From: Mycoplasmoides pneumoniae FH
Lineage (GTDB): Bacteria > Bacillota_I > Bacilli_A > Mycoplasmatales > Mycoplasmoidaceae
NCBI RefSeq assembly: GCF_001272835.1
Contig: NZ_CP010546.1
Span: forward strand, 782,809-814,808
Length of the DNA: 32,000 bases
Direction: 5' to 3'
In this document: one piece after another, positions 11,754 to 20,016 of the stretch
Layout: every line of letters begins with the position of its first letter
Position numbering within the stretch: the first letter of the stretch is position 1
The notes under the pieces: generated by a model
Seen by the model: only the letters and a program-made list of their open reading frames with translations
Database searches by the model: none
What the model was told of the DNA's origin: nothing
Made by a program: the position numbers and the translations under genes

Positions 11754-12322
11754 GCGTATATAAAAGATTGTAAGAAAAGATAAGTTAAACACAACGCTGG
11801 AGTTGTTTGCCCTACAGAACGTTTCCCTAAAAACTGCGCCTTGCCAAACTGCGCCCGGGTTTGACAAAGCCGTTCATACAGTTCAACTAACACCCCATCG
11901 AGCTGCTTGTACTGCCTTTTGGTGCGGTTTACTAATTGCAAGAAGCTTTTACAAAAGTAATACAACAAATCCCACACCCGTTTGTGACCTAAAGTAATTG
12001 CTTTAGTTTGTATCAATTTTTCGGTGTGTTTAACAAGGGTTTTCACCACGGTAATCACATCCTTGTTTTCTTCTAACAACAGGTATTCTACAGCCTCCCA
12101 CCAAGTTAGCACAGCATTGGTTTCACAACCCAACAAGTTGGAGTGTTGCTTTAAGACTGCAATAAAGTTTTGCGGGGTTTTACCAACATCGTTGAGGGTG
12201 GTAAAACACTGAAAGCTATAGGTGCCCAAATCGGGTTGCAAGTGGTTGAGCTGCTTTTGCAAGTGCGCGAGGTTAACTAGGAGCTGATCGACAAAACTAG
12301 CAAACTTAACTGTTTGTTTCAC
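11741..12322 (-). CDS. Hypothetical protein, 193 aa, unrecognised family
   Basis: Uninterrupted 193-codon frame (GTG start), no TAA/TAG/TGA, fitting exactly between ftsH (17-nt overlap) and the MG456-type gene (13-nt overlap) in the same direction; protein-like composition (helical, K/L/V rich). Confidence 0.6.
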   Translation of the reverse strand: MKQTVKFASFVDQLLVNLAHLQKQLNHLQPDLGTYSFQCFTTLNDVGKTPQNFIAVLKQHSNLLGCETNAVLTWWEAVEYLLLEENKDVITVVKTLVKHTEKLIQTKAITLGHKRVWDLLYYFCKSFLQLVNRTKRQYKQLDGVLVELYERLCQTRAQFGKAQFLGKRSVGQTTPALCLTYLFLQSFIYACQS

Positions 12323-14435
12323 TGTCTTTTTCTGTATCCTTCTCAGTCTTCTTATTTAACTTAGCTTCCTTGGCTTCTGCCTTTTGTTTGGCTTGCTGTT
12401 CTTGCTTTTGCGCTAGGATCTCTGGAGGGAGTTTAGTGTGTTCGTGAATGTAATCGATGTCACTCTTTAAGATGGTTTCGGCAATCAACAAGGCTTCAAC
12501 TAACAATTCCAACTCCTTACGGTTCGTTTTAATAATGGTACGTGCCTTCTTGTACTGTTCTTCAATAATGGCGTTAATCTCAAAGTCAATATCCTTTGCT
12601 GTTTGCTCAGAGAACAGTTTGGTACCTGGTGGGACGGTACCTTGACTAGGTACATATTGCACTTGCCCTAACTTGGACATTCCTAACTGGGTAACCATGG
12701 CACGGGCAATATTGGTCGCCTTATAAAAGTCCGAGGAAGCGCCAGTGGTAATTTCTAGGGGACCGTAAATTTCTTCCTCTGCAGCACGGCCGCCCATGGC
12801 TGTAGCAATCATCGCTAACAAGTCAGATTTACGCTTTAAATTGAGATCGCCACTCTTAGGGGTTGACAAGGTATAACCACCCGCTTGACCCCGGGGAATA
12901 ATGGTAATCTTTTGCACTTCATCGTTACTGTGAACATGGAGGCCAACCAAAGCATGACCTGCTTCGTGGTAGGCCACTAGTTTACGATCAGCATCACTGA
13001 CCACCCGAGATTTTTTGGCAGGACCAGCTATGACCCGGTCAATGGCTTCATCAATGTCGTTCATGTTGATCGTGGTCCGGTTATCACGGACTGCTAACAG
13101 GGTAGCTTCATTAATGACGTTTTCCAATTGAGCCCCACTAAAACCAGGGGTACGTTTAGCAACATCCAATAAGCTAATCTTGGAAGACAAGTTCTTGTTC
13201 TTGGCGTGCACTTGTAAGATGCCTTCGCGTTCCTTAATGTCGGGAAGGTTAATCTGGATGTGACGATCAAACCGACCTGGGCGTAATAACGCATCATCAA
13301 GGACATCCAAGCGGTTGGTAGCAGCCATCACCACAACACCAGTGCGGCTAGTAAACCCATCCATTTCCGCTAACAGTTGGTTTAAGGTTTGTTCGACCAC
13401 CGAGTAGGAGGACAACTCCACGCGACCCCGTTTAGAACCAACCGAGTCAATTTCATCGATGAAGATAATACATGGGGCCGCTTTCTTAGCCTTATTGAAC
13501 AAGTCCCGTACCCGTTTGGCGCCCACACCAACCAGCATATCTTCAAAGCCAGAACCCGTGGACTGGAAGAAAGGCACACCAGCTTCACCAGCAACAGCTT
13601 TCGCTAACAGCGTTTTACCCGTACCAGGAGGGCCGTAAAGAATAACACCGCGTGGGGAACGAGCGCCCATTTGGGCATACTTCAAGGGGTTTTTGAGGTA
13701 ATCAACAATTTCCAGTAACTCGTGTTTTTCTTCTTGGAGTCCCGCAATGTTGTCAAACCTCACCGAAGACTTTGCGAGTTTAGCTTGGGTCTTACCAATT
13801 GAGAAGATGTTGTCCTCCTCACTGCGACCACCACCAGAGATACCGCGAGCAGAACGTCAAAAGAGTAAGAAGAAAATGACAAAGATAATAATTGGTAGTA
13901 GGCCAAAGAAGATGTTGAGCACATCACGTGCTCTCGTATCAGGAGCAACAAAGGTACCGATGTCATGGAGACCTTTAATAGAAGCTAATTCAGTGCCATT
14001 GTTACTTTTTTGGTCTTGGGTCATCATTCCATTAACTATGGCCTTTCCAGTTGACTGATTAATCGAGAGGTTTGCTATATTAAAGATAGTTTCCCCACTA
14101 CCATTAGTAGCTTTGTGGGCAGTTACTACTATGGGATTTATCCCTTGGAAACTAATGGAAACCTGCAGAATGTCATCGGTGACATAGGTGGAATTATTAA
14201 TTCTTTGGAAGGTGTGTTTGCCTGATAAGCCTTTGATTTGAGCCGAAAGTGTAGTTCCACTAAGCTCCCACTTTTCAATTACAGCCGTGGTAGCCCTTGG
14301 CATTAGGATATAAACCAAAATACCAATAATAATGGCTAGGATAACCACTCACCAAAAAATCTTTCACGCTGTGCGTTTGGGAAACTGCGGTTTTTCGCTC
14401 GTAGTCGCCTCGTTAAGTCCTTTATTTTTTTTCAT
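12306..14435 (-). CDS. ftsH: ATP-dependent zinc metalloprotease FtsH
   Basis: Track ORFs 13857..14348 and 12306..13763 joined via TGA codons; start ATG 14435 (MKKNKG...). N-terminal TM segments, [13 protein letters not shown]-like [45 protein letters not shown] zinc motif. 709 aa. Confidence 0.98.
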
Positions 14436-14615
14436 TTGTTGTTGTTTGTTGGGTGATTTGACTGGTTTTTATTCTAACAACACTAAGGGTAACTAATACA
14501 CCCACTGCTGCAAAACCAGCCAAAGTTAGAAAGGTAATTAAGATGATTTTTTTGTGCTTTTTTACCAGGGAAACCAACACACTAAACCATCGCATAAAAT
14601 TCTAAATAGCGCGAC

Positions 14616-15143
14616 TTAATTATCTTCAGGATCAAAGACACCAACATAGGGTAAATTGCGATAAAAGCCCTGGTAGTCTAACCCAAAACCAACCAAGAAT
14701 TCGTCTTGGTTTTTAAAGCAAGAATAGTCCACCTTAATGTCAGCTTCCCTGGGTTTGAGCTTTTCAATGAAGCTCACTAAGATCACACTTTTGGCCTTTC
14801 GGGTGTGGAGTAAGTCCAATACTAATTTAATAGAACGACCACTGTCGATTATGTCTTCTATTAAAAGAATGTCCTTGCCTTTAGGGTCATGGGACATATC
14901 TAGGACAATCTTCGGTGCTTCTTGTTGGCGACTGCCACCATGGTAAGAAGCGACTGCCACAAAGTCCAGTTGTAAATCAAAGGTAAACTGACTAATAAGT
15001 TTGCCCAAAAAGGGAATACAACCCTTCAAGATCCCTAATACTATGACCTGTTTACCAGCAAAATGTTCATTACACCATTTGAGCGCAGCGTTACAACCCG
15101 CTTCAACCTGTTTTTGATCAATGATGATAGATTTAATGCCCAT
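14616..15143 (-). CDS. hpt: Hypoxanthine-guanine phosphoribosyltransferase
   Basis: ATG 15143 (MGIKSIIIDQKQVEAG...) with LGILKGCIPFLG and PRPP motif ILLIEDIIDSGRSI. 175 aa. Start overlaps upstream stop in TAATG, so the longer track start at 15185 is unlikely. Confidence 0.95.
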   Translation of the reverse strand: MGIKSIIIDQKQVEAGCNAALKWCNEHFAGKQVIVLGILKGCIPFLGKLISQFTFDLQLDFVAVASYHGGSRQQEAPKIVLDMSHDPKGKDILLIEDIIDSGRSIKLVLDLLHTRKAKSVILVSFIEKLKPREADIKVDYSCFKNQDEFLVGFGLDYQGFYRNLPYVGVFDPEDN

Positions 15144-15652
15144 TACTTTAATCTTTGTCGTTCCACTAACACGACCGCTAAACAACTAATTTCATTCGAA
15201 TTCAACGGTTCACGTACCTTGAGGTTAATTGTCAGTTCGGTAATCCGTAAAGCCGTACAAATAAAGTCAAAGATGGCATGCTTATAGTCATCCATCTTTT
15301 GTTGTGAGGGAATTTCTAAGGTGATATCAATGTTATTGATGTACCAGTTCTTGCGAATAAAGTTGTAAGTCCGTGCCAAAATACGGGGCGCTTCTTTACG
15401 CGGATTACCCTTTAAAGGGATCTGGGTTTTTTCTTTATTGAAGACAATTTGTCCATCACCTAAGGCAGTAGCACCAAATAAAGCATCAGCTACTGCTAGC
15501 TGGATAACGTCACTGGCGTCATCACTAGCATCGTGGTCATAAATGTACTTGGAATCTTCTATTTCCACCCCACCTATTCAAAATTTATTCTTCTGTTCTG
15601 CTCTCGGTTTAATGCGGTATTTTTTCTTACCTAGGCCAACTCTAAACTGCAT
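15143..15652 (-). CDS. IspF (YgbB)-like protein, probable pseudoenzyme
   Basis: Code-4 start ATG 15652: MQFRVGLGKKKYRIKPRAEQKNKFWIGGVEIEDSKYIYDHDASDDASDVIQLAVADALFGATALGDGQIVFNKEK... aligns by eye to IspF 'MRIGHGYDVHR...LILGGVEI...[25 protein letters not shown]'. 169 aa; catalytic residues not conserved. Confidence 0.7.
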
Positions 15653-15823
15653 CGTGGTATCTGTTAATTATACTTTTGCCCACCCCCTTTTCCTTTTATG
15701 TTGAGAGCTAAAAAAGACAAAGCTTGGCAGCAGGTTTTATTTAGATCAAATCTCAATTGGGAACAGTAAATGATTGGTGGCTTAAACCAAATTAAAATGA
15801 AGGCAAGCTTGAATAAATTAGTT

Positions 15824-16762
15824 ATGAAGAGTCTTAAAGTAGCACTCATTGGTTCTGGTGCAGTGGGCACCAGCTTTCTCTACGCTGCTATGAGCCGTGG
15901 TTTAGCGAGTGAATACATGGTTATCGACATTAACGAAAAATCCCAAGTAGGGAATGTTTTTGACCTCCAAGATGCTGTACCATCATCACCGCAATACAGT
16001 AAGGTAATTGCTGGTGATTACAAACAACTCAAAGATTACGACTTTATCTTTATTGGTGCTGGTCGACCCCAAAAGCAAGGTGGGGAAACCCGGTTACAAC
16101 TCCTTGAAGGTAATGTCGAAATTATGAAGAACATTGCCAAAGCCGTGAAGGAATCGGGCTTTAAGGGCATTACCTTAATTGCTTCCAACCCAGTCGACAT
16201 TATGGCTTACACCTATTTAAAGGTAACGGGGTTTGAACCGAATAAGGTAATTGGTTCTGGAACCTTACTAGACAGCGCCCGGTTAAAGTTTGCGATTGCT
16301 GAAAAATACGGTATGAGCAGCAGGGATGTCCAAGCATATGTGTTAGGTGAACACGGGGATAGTTCAGTAAGTATTATTTCCTCCGCTAAGATTGCTGGCT
16401 TACCACTCAAACACTTCTCGAAAGCAAGTGATATAGAAAAAGAATTTGCTGAAATTGACCACTTTATTCGCCGTCGAGCTTATGAAATCATCGAACGCAA
16501 AGGAGCCACCTTTTATGGCATCGGGGAAGCAACTGCCGAAGTAGCAGAATTAATTCTCCGCGACACTAAAGAAGTACGAGTAGTAGCATCGTTAATTAAT
16601 GGCCAATATGGTGCTAAAGATGTAATGTTTGGCACCCCTTGTGTCTTGGGACGCAATGGTGTGGAAAAGATCTTGGAAATTGAATTGTCTGCTACAGAAA
16701 AAGCAGGCTTGGACAAATCAATCCAAGTATTGAAGGACAACATTAAGTTAGCTAAACTATAA
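15824..16762 (+). CDS. ldh: L-lactate dehydrogenase
   Basis: From ATG 15824: MKSLKVALIGSGAVGTSFLYAAMSRGLASEYMVIDI..., SNPVDIMAY, GSGTLLDSARLKFAIAE, GEHGDSSV. 312 aa. Confidence 0.98.
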   Translation: MKSLKVALIGSGAVGTSFLYAAMSRGLASEYMVIDINEKSQVGNVFDLQDAVPSSPQYSKVIAGDYKQLKDYDFIFIGAGRPQKQGGETRLQLLEGNVEIMKNIAKAVKESGFKGITLIASNPVDIMAYTYLKVTGFEPNKVIGSGTLLDSARLKFAIAEKYGMSSRDVQAYVLGEHGDSSVSIISSAKIAGLPLKHFSKASDIEKEFAEIDHFIRRRAYEIIERKGATFYGIGEATAEVAELILRDTKEVRVVASLINGQYGAKDVMFGTPCVLGRNGVEKILEIELSATEKAGLDKSIQVLKDNIKLAKL

Positions 16763-16810
16763 GAATTAGTTTAACTGTAGACATAAATAAACTAGTTAAC
16801 TACTAGAACA

Positions 16811-16850
16811 AAACAAGCATGCTGACCCATTGGGGTTGATGTGCTTGTTT
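16811..16850 (+). terminator. Intrinsic-terminator-like hairpin after ldh
   Basis: AAACAAGCATGCTGACCC-ATTG-GGGTTGATGTGCTTGTTT, about 18-bp stem allowing G-U, followed by TGTTTATT. Confidence 0.6.
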
Positions 16851-17053
16851 TGTTTATTAAAAAATAGGCAAACTTTTTGGCGTATTTGTCAAATTCATTC
16901 AATTTATTAAGTGGGAGCAGGAAGACCGACTTTTGTTGAAAGTTTTTGCTGCTCCCGGCCAACTAGAAAAATATTTAAATTCATACATCTTAGTGTTTAC
17001 AACTCAAACTAATATTCTTCGTTAGTTTTCAATATCGTTAAAAAATATTTTTT

Positions 17054-17089
17054 AGCCGTCTGCTTGTCAACTTGAGCAGATGGTTTTTT
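17054..17089 (+). terminator. Intrinsic-terminator-like hairpin with T-run
   Basis: AGCCGTCTGCT-tgtcaacttg-AGCAGATGGT followed by TTTTTT on the plus strand. Confidence 0.6.
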
Positions 17090-17106
17090 ATTTATTTGAA
17101 AAGAAT

Positions 17107-17152
17107 AAAAATACCAGCAACTCAACCTTAAAGATTAAATGCTGGTATTTTT
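17107..17152 (-). terminator. Perfect hairpin downstream of the first DUF16 gene
   Basis: AAAAATACCAGCA ... TGCTGGTATTTTT, 13-bp perfect inverted repeat, just 3' of the CDS ending at 17167. Confidence 0.6.
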
Positions 17153-17166
17153 AGTTTGAGTTGGAA

Positions 17167-17583
17167 TTATTTAGATTCCAATTTGTCTATACGTTTGCCA
17201 AAGTCTATTAAGGTATTGTTAATTGATTCCAGGCTTTTAAGCACAAGACTTTCAAAGCGATCCATGCGGGCGTTCATTGCTTCACCCTGAATTCGAAAGC
17301 CTTCTCTAACTTCTATTTGGAATTCTTTAAATTCTGCCTTAGTAACATATCTTTGATCAAACTCAACTAAAAGCTCTTGTTTAAAAACTTCTAGTTTTTT
17401 GTCCAATTGTTTATGGGTTACGTATCCGCTTTTGCCTTTTTCCATATGGTTTAAATTGCCATAAAAGCCCATGTTATAGCTACCATCAGATAGATCTTCG
17501 ATTCAGGCCTTTGCTGTTTTAATCTTATCTTTTTTCAAATTTCTTTTGAACAAAGTAATTGAAATTTCGCGTTTAATGGTCAA
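17167..17583 (-). CDS. DUF16 / UPF0134-family protein
   Basis: Code-4 extension of the track ORF: TTG 17583 MTIKREISITLFKRNLKKDKIKTAKAWIEDLSDGSYNMGFYGNLNHMEKGKSGYVTHKQLDKKLEVFKQELLVEFDQRYVTKAEFKEFQIEVREGFRIQGEAMNARMDRFESLVLKSLESINNTLIDFGKRIDKLESK. YVT(H)KQL plus coiled coil is typical. Preceded by AAAGGAGG. Confidence 0.75.
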
Positions 17584-17769
17584 AACCTCCTTTCTTTACA
17601 GGATTTAAAAAAACAGAAAGCTTTATATGAGTGTTGGGCCAAATTTAAAGAGGGTCCAATTTTTCAAAAAATGTTAATCATTTCTTTTAAGCTCCTTTAC
17701 TAAATAAATGGAAGCGGTTATTTAGAAGTACCAAGAAAATGAATTTTTAAATAGAAATCTGTAAAGAAT

Positions 17770-17812
17770 GAAAATACCAACAGCTAACTGAATGTTAACT
17801 GTTGGCGTTTTC
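17770..17812 (-). terminator. Hairpin downstream of the second DUF16 locus
   Basis: GAAAATACCAACAG ... CTGTTGGCGTTTTC; related in sequence and position to the hairpin at 17107-17152. Confidence 0.5.
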
Positions 17813-17825
17813 TGTTGAAGAAATG

Positions 17826-18164
17826 TTATTTCTTGTATTCAAGCCTATCTAAACGTTCGTTGATGGCTTGAAGGCTCTGAAGCACAACTTTAAAAGTTTC
17901 TCTAACTTCTACTTTGAAGTCTCTCAACTCCGCTTCAATGTTTGCGAACCTTCGATCAACCATGACCTTGTATTCCTCAAACTCTTTCCGGGTAACGTAC
18001 TATGTTTTTGGCTTTTTCACTTTTCGTTGCCAACGTTCCTTAATTATAACATCAAAAGTTCCGTCTGGCAACGGAATCCAATTTGATTTTAATTCAAGAA
18101 CCTCACACTGACTTCTAAACTTCTTGTATTCCCTTTCGGAATATCATTTGTTATTCAAAGTCAA
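17826..18164 (-). pseudogene. DUF16 / UPF0134-like gene interrupted by an in-frame TAG
   Basis: TTG 18164: (M)TLNNKWYSEREYKKFRSQCEVLELKSNWIPLPDGTFDVIIKERWQRKVKKPKT-[TAG 18000-18002]-YVTRKEFEEYKVMVDRRFANIEAELRDFKVEVRETFKVVLQSLQAINERLDRLEYKK*, TAA at 17826. Both halves share one frame and align with the neighbouring DUF16 gene. Confidence 0.6.
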
Positions 18165-18378
18165 AACCCCCTTTCTTACTTAAGTAATTAGAAAAAGAAG
18201 TAGACACTACCGAATTCCTTTTAGAAACAACAAATGTTGATGCGAGAACCAACGCAACAGATGCCTTTGCAAACGCGAAAGACTTATGCCCATAAGGGCT
18301 AATAAAAATGAGTTCATATGAGATTAAAGGGAGTTTTTACACTACCCAAGGTAATTAAATAGTGTTAAAGAACAATAT

Positions 18379-18403
18379 AAAAGCCACCCGAAGGGTGGCT
18401 TTT
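18379..18403. terminator. Strong hairpin
   Basis: AAAAGCCACCC-GAA-GGGTGGCTTTT, 11-bp perfect stem. Confidence 0.6.
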
Positions 18404-18590
18404 CCATATACACAGAAAGCGAACTAAATAAATAGGTTGTCCCATTCCGCTAACTGCAGTTTTATTATAAAAGAAATAACTAACCTTCGGAGTGGCTTTC
18501 TTTCTATACTGAGCAGGAGGCGACTAAAATAGTTGAATAATTCTGTCTACTGCAATCTAGTTATAAAAAACTCACCTAAAAGGTAGTTAT
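18379..18590. repeat. Diverged tandem repeat with one hairpin per unit (about 92-96 nt period)
   Basis: Hairpins centred near 18391, 18487 and 18579; spacers share gtggcttt, tatac, gcga(a)ctaaa, atag(g)ttg, ctgca and ttataaaa in the same order. Confidence 0.5.
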
Positions 18591-18738
18591 TAACACCAAA
18601 AAAGCTTTTTAGAAGCTTTCTTAGTTTCAATTAAATAAACTCAGTGAATTAATTAAGCTTAACCAACTAACTTAGGCTTTTTCTTGAAGATAACGTTTAA
18701 GTATCAACTTCATGGTTTTGAATATCTTCTATCAATGC

Positions 18739-20016
18739 TTAAAGGCGGTAGAAAACGTTAGCCCACTTGTACAGTGCATTTTCAAAGAACAGTTCATTAC
18801 TACGCTTTACCAACATACTGATTTCACTGAGGTTAGTGTGCTTGTTTTGCATAGTTTTAATTTTGAGCTCATTCTTATGACTACTTCAACCCTCATAAAA
18901 GCCCTTAAACTGATTGTTAAACTTCGTAATAAAGTACTTAGCATCCTTGTACTTGCTCGCCTGTTTTTCAAAGTCTAAGTCCCTCTGTTCCTTGGTTTCG
19001 TAAAACTTAATTTCGAACTTCAAACTGTTTAAATAACTGTCCAACAACTTCTTTAAGATCTTGTCCTTGGTGGTTTGGTACAAGTTAACAAAGAACGATT
19101 GGAACACATAGTCATCTAACTTAACAAACGCTGGCAGCATCTTTTTGTCAAAGTGTTCGTTCTTGAGTAGTGGTAAGCACACCTGTTCTAAGGTTTTATA
19201 ACCGTTGAAGTCAAACTGGTTTTTGTCCACTAAGTCCTTAATTCGTTGAAAGACAAACCAAAGGTTTAACTCGGTGGAAATACTCCTGCCATCGCTGTAG
19301 ATTGATTGGTACATGTGGTGCCGGGTAATTAAGAAGTTTTCAATTAAGGGCAAGCACTTATCCTTAAAGAAGATTTCGTAAATCCCCTTGACCTTGACAC
19401 AGTCCATCTCCTTAATAATCGTTTGGTAATCTATCAAGGAATGACTGGTACCCGTAAAGTAGGAATCGCGCAACAGGTAATCCATCCGGTCAGCATCCAA
19501 GTCAGATGAAATTAACTGGCGCATCCAGTAGTTGGATGGCTTTAACTCCTTGTTTTCATCAATTAAAGCAGCTACTAGTTTAGGATCAATCTGGTTCGCC
19601 TTTAAGATTGATTTAATCGGTTCACTGTTGACAAATAAGGTTGTAACTTCTTCGTGGATAAACAGCTCCTTCTTAAAGTTAGGGGCTTTGGCAAAGTAAA
19701 TCTCAAAGGCATGGGAATGCGGTGCATGACCAATGTCGTGCAGTAATCCCGCTACTAACACCGTTTGCTTTTTGTTTTCATTAATCGGAGCAAACGCGGG
19801 GGTGTTTAAGATCCGCCTTAACAGTTCATAAACCCCCAAGGAGTGGGAATAACGCGTGTGCACGCCCCCCGGATAAAAATGAAAGTTAATTCCTAGCTGC
19901 TTAATGTTACGTAAACGGCGAAACGCTTCCGTTTCCACCAACTCATACATCCACTTAGTTTGTTGGTCAAACAGCACTTCCCCTAAAATGGGATCTTTAA
20001 AAAAGATTTGTTGCAT
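18739..20016 (-). CDS. HD-domain (dGTPase/SAMHD1-like) phosphohydrolase
   Basis: [55 protein letters not shown] motifs. Track stop at 18886 is TGA; code 4 extends the C-terminus ([49 protein letters not shown]) to 18739. 425 aa. Confidence 0.9.

Noticed and set aside
10716-11867. Longer start for the MG456-type protein (MSNPGAVWQGAVFRETF...)
   Set aside because: The extension overlaps the 193-aa ORF; ATG 11753 is directly followed by a normal basic leader and TM segment.
12457-14058. Multiple small plus/minus ORFs (12457..12645, 13094..13306, 13382..13607, 13747..14058, 13760..13966)
   Set aside because: They lie inside ftsH in other frames; no motifs and explained by codon composition of ftsH.
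14616-15185. Longer hpt start (MFSGRVSGTTKIKVMGIKS...)
   Set aside because: ATG at 15143 gives the expected length and TAATG coupling; the 14-residue extension is unsupported.
17628-17662. Possible hairpin ttgggcc...ggtccaa
   Set aside because: Only a weak, imperfect stem without T-run or conservation evidence; not distinguishable from chance.
17868-18111. Plus-strand ORFs 17868..18086 and 17914..18111
   Set aside because: Antisense to the DUF16-like locus, whose minus-strand translation matches a known family pattern; these are shadow ORFs.
18712-18978. Plus-strand ORF (88 aa) near the HD hydrolase
   Set aside because: It is antisense to the code-4 3' end of the HD hydrolase (18739-20016); no recognisable product.
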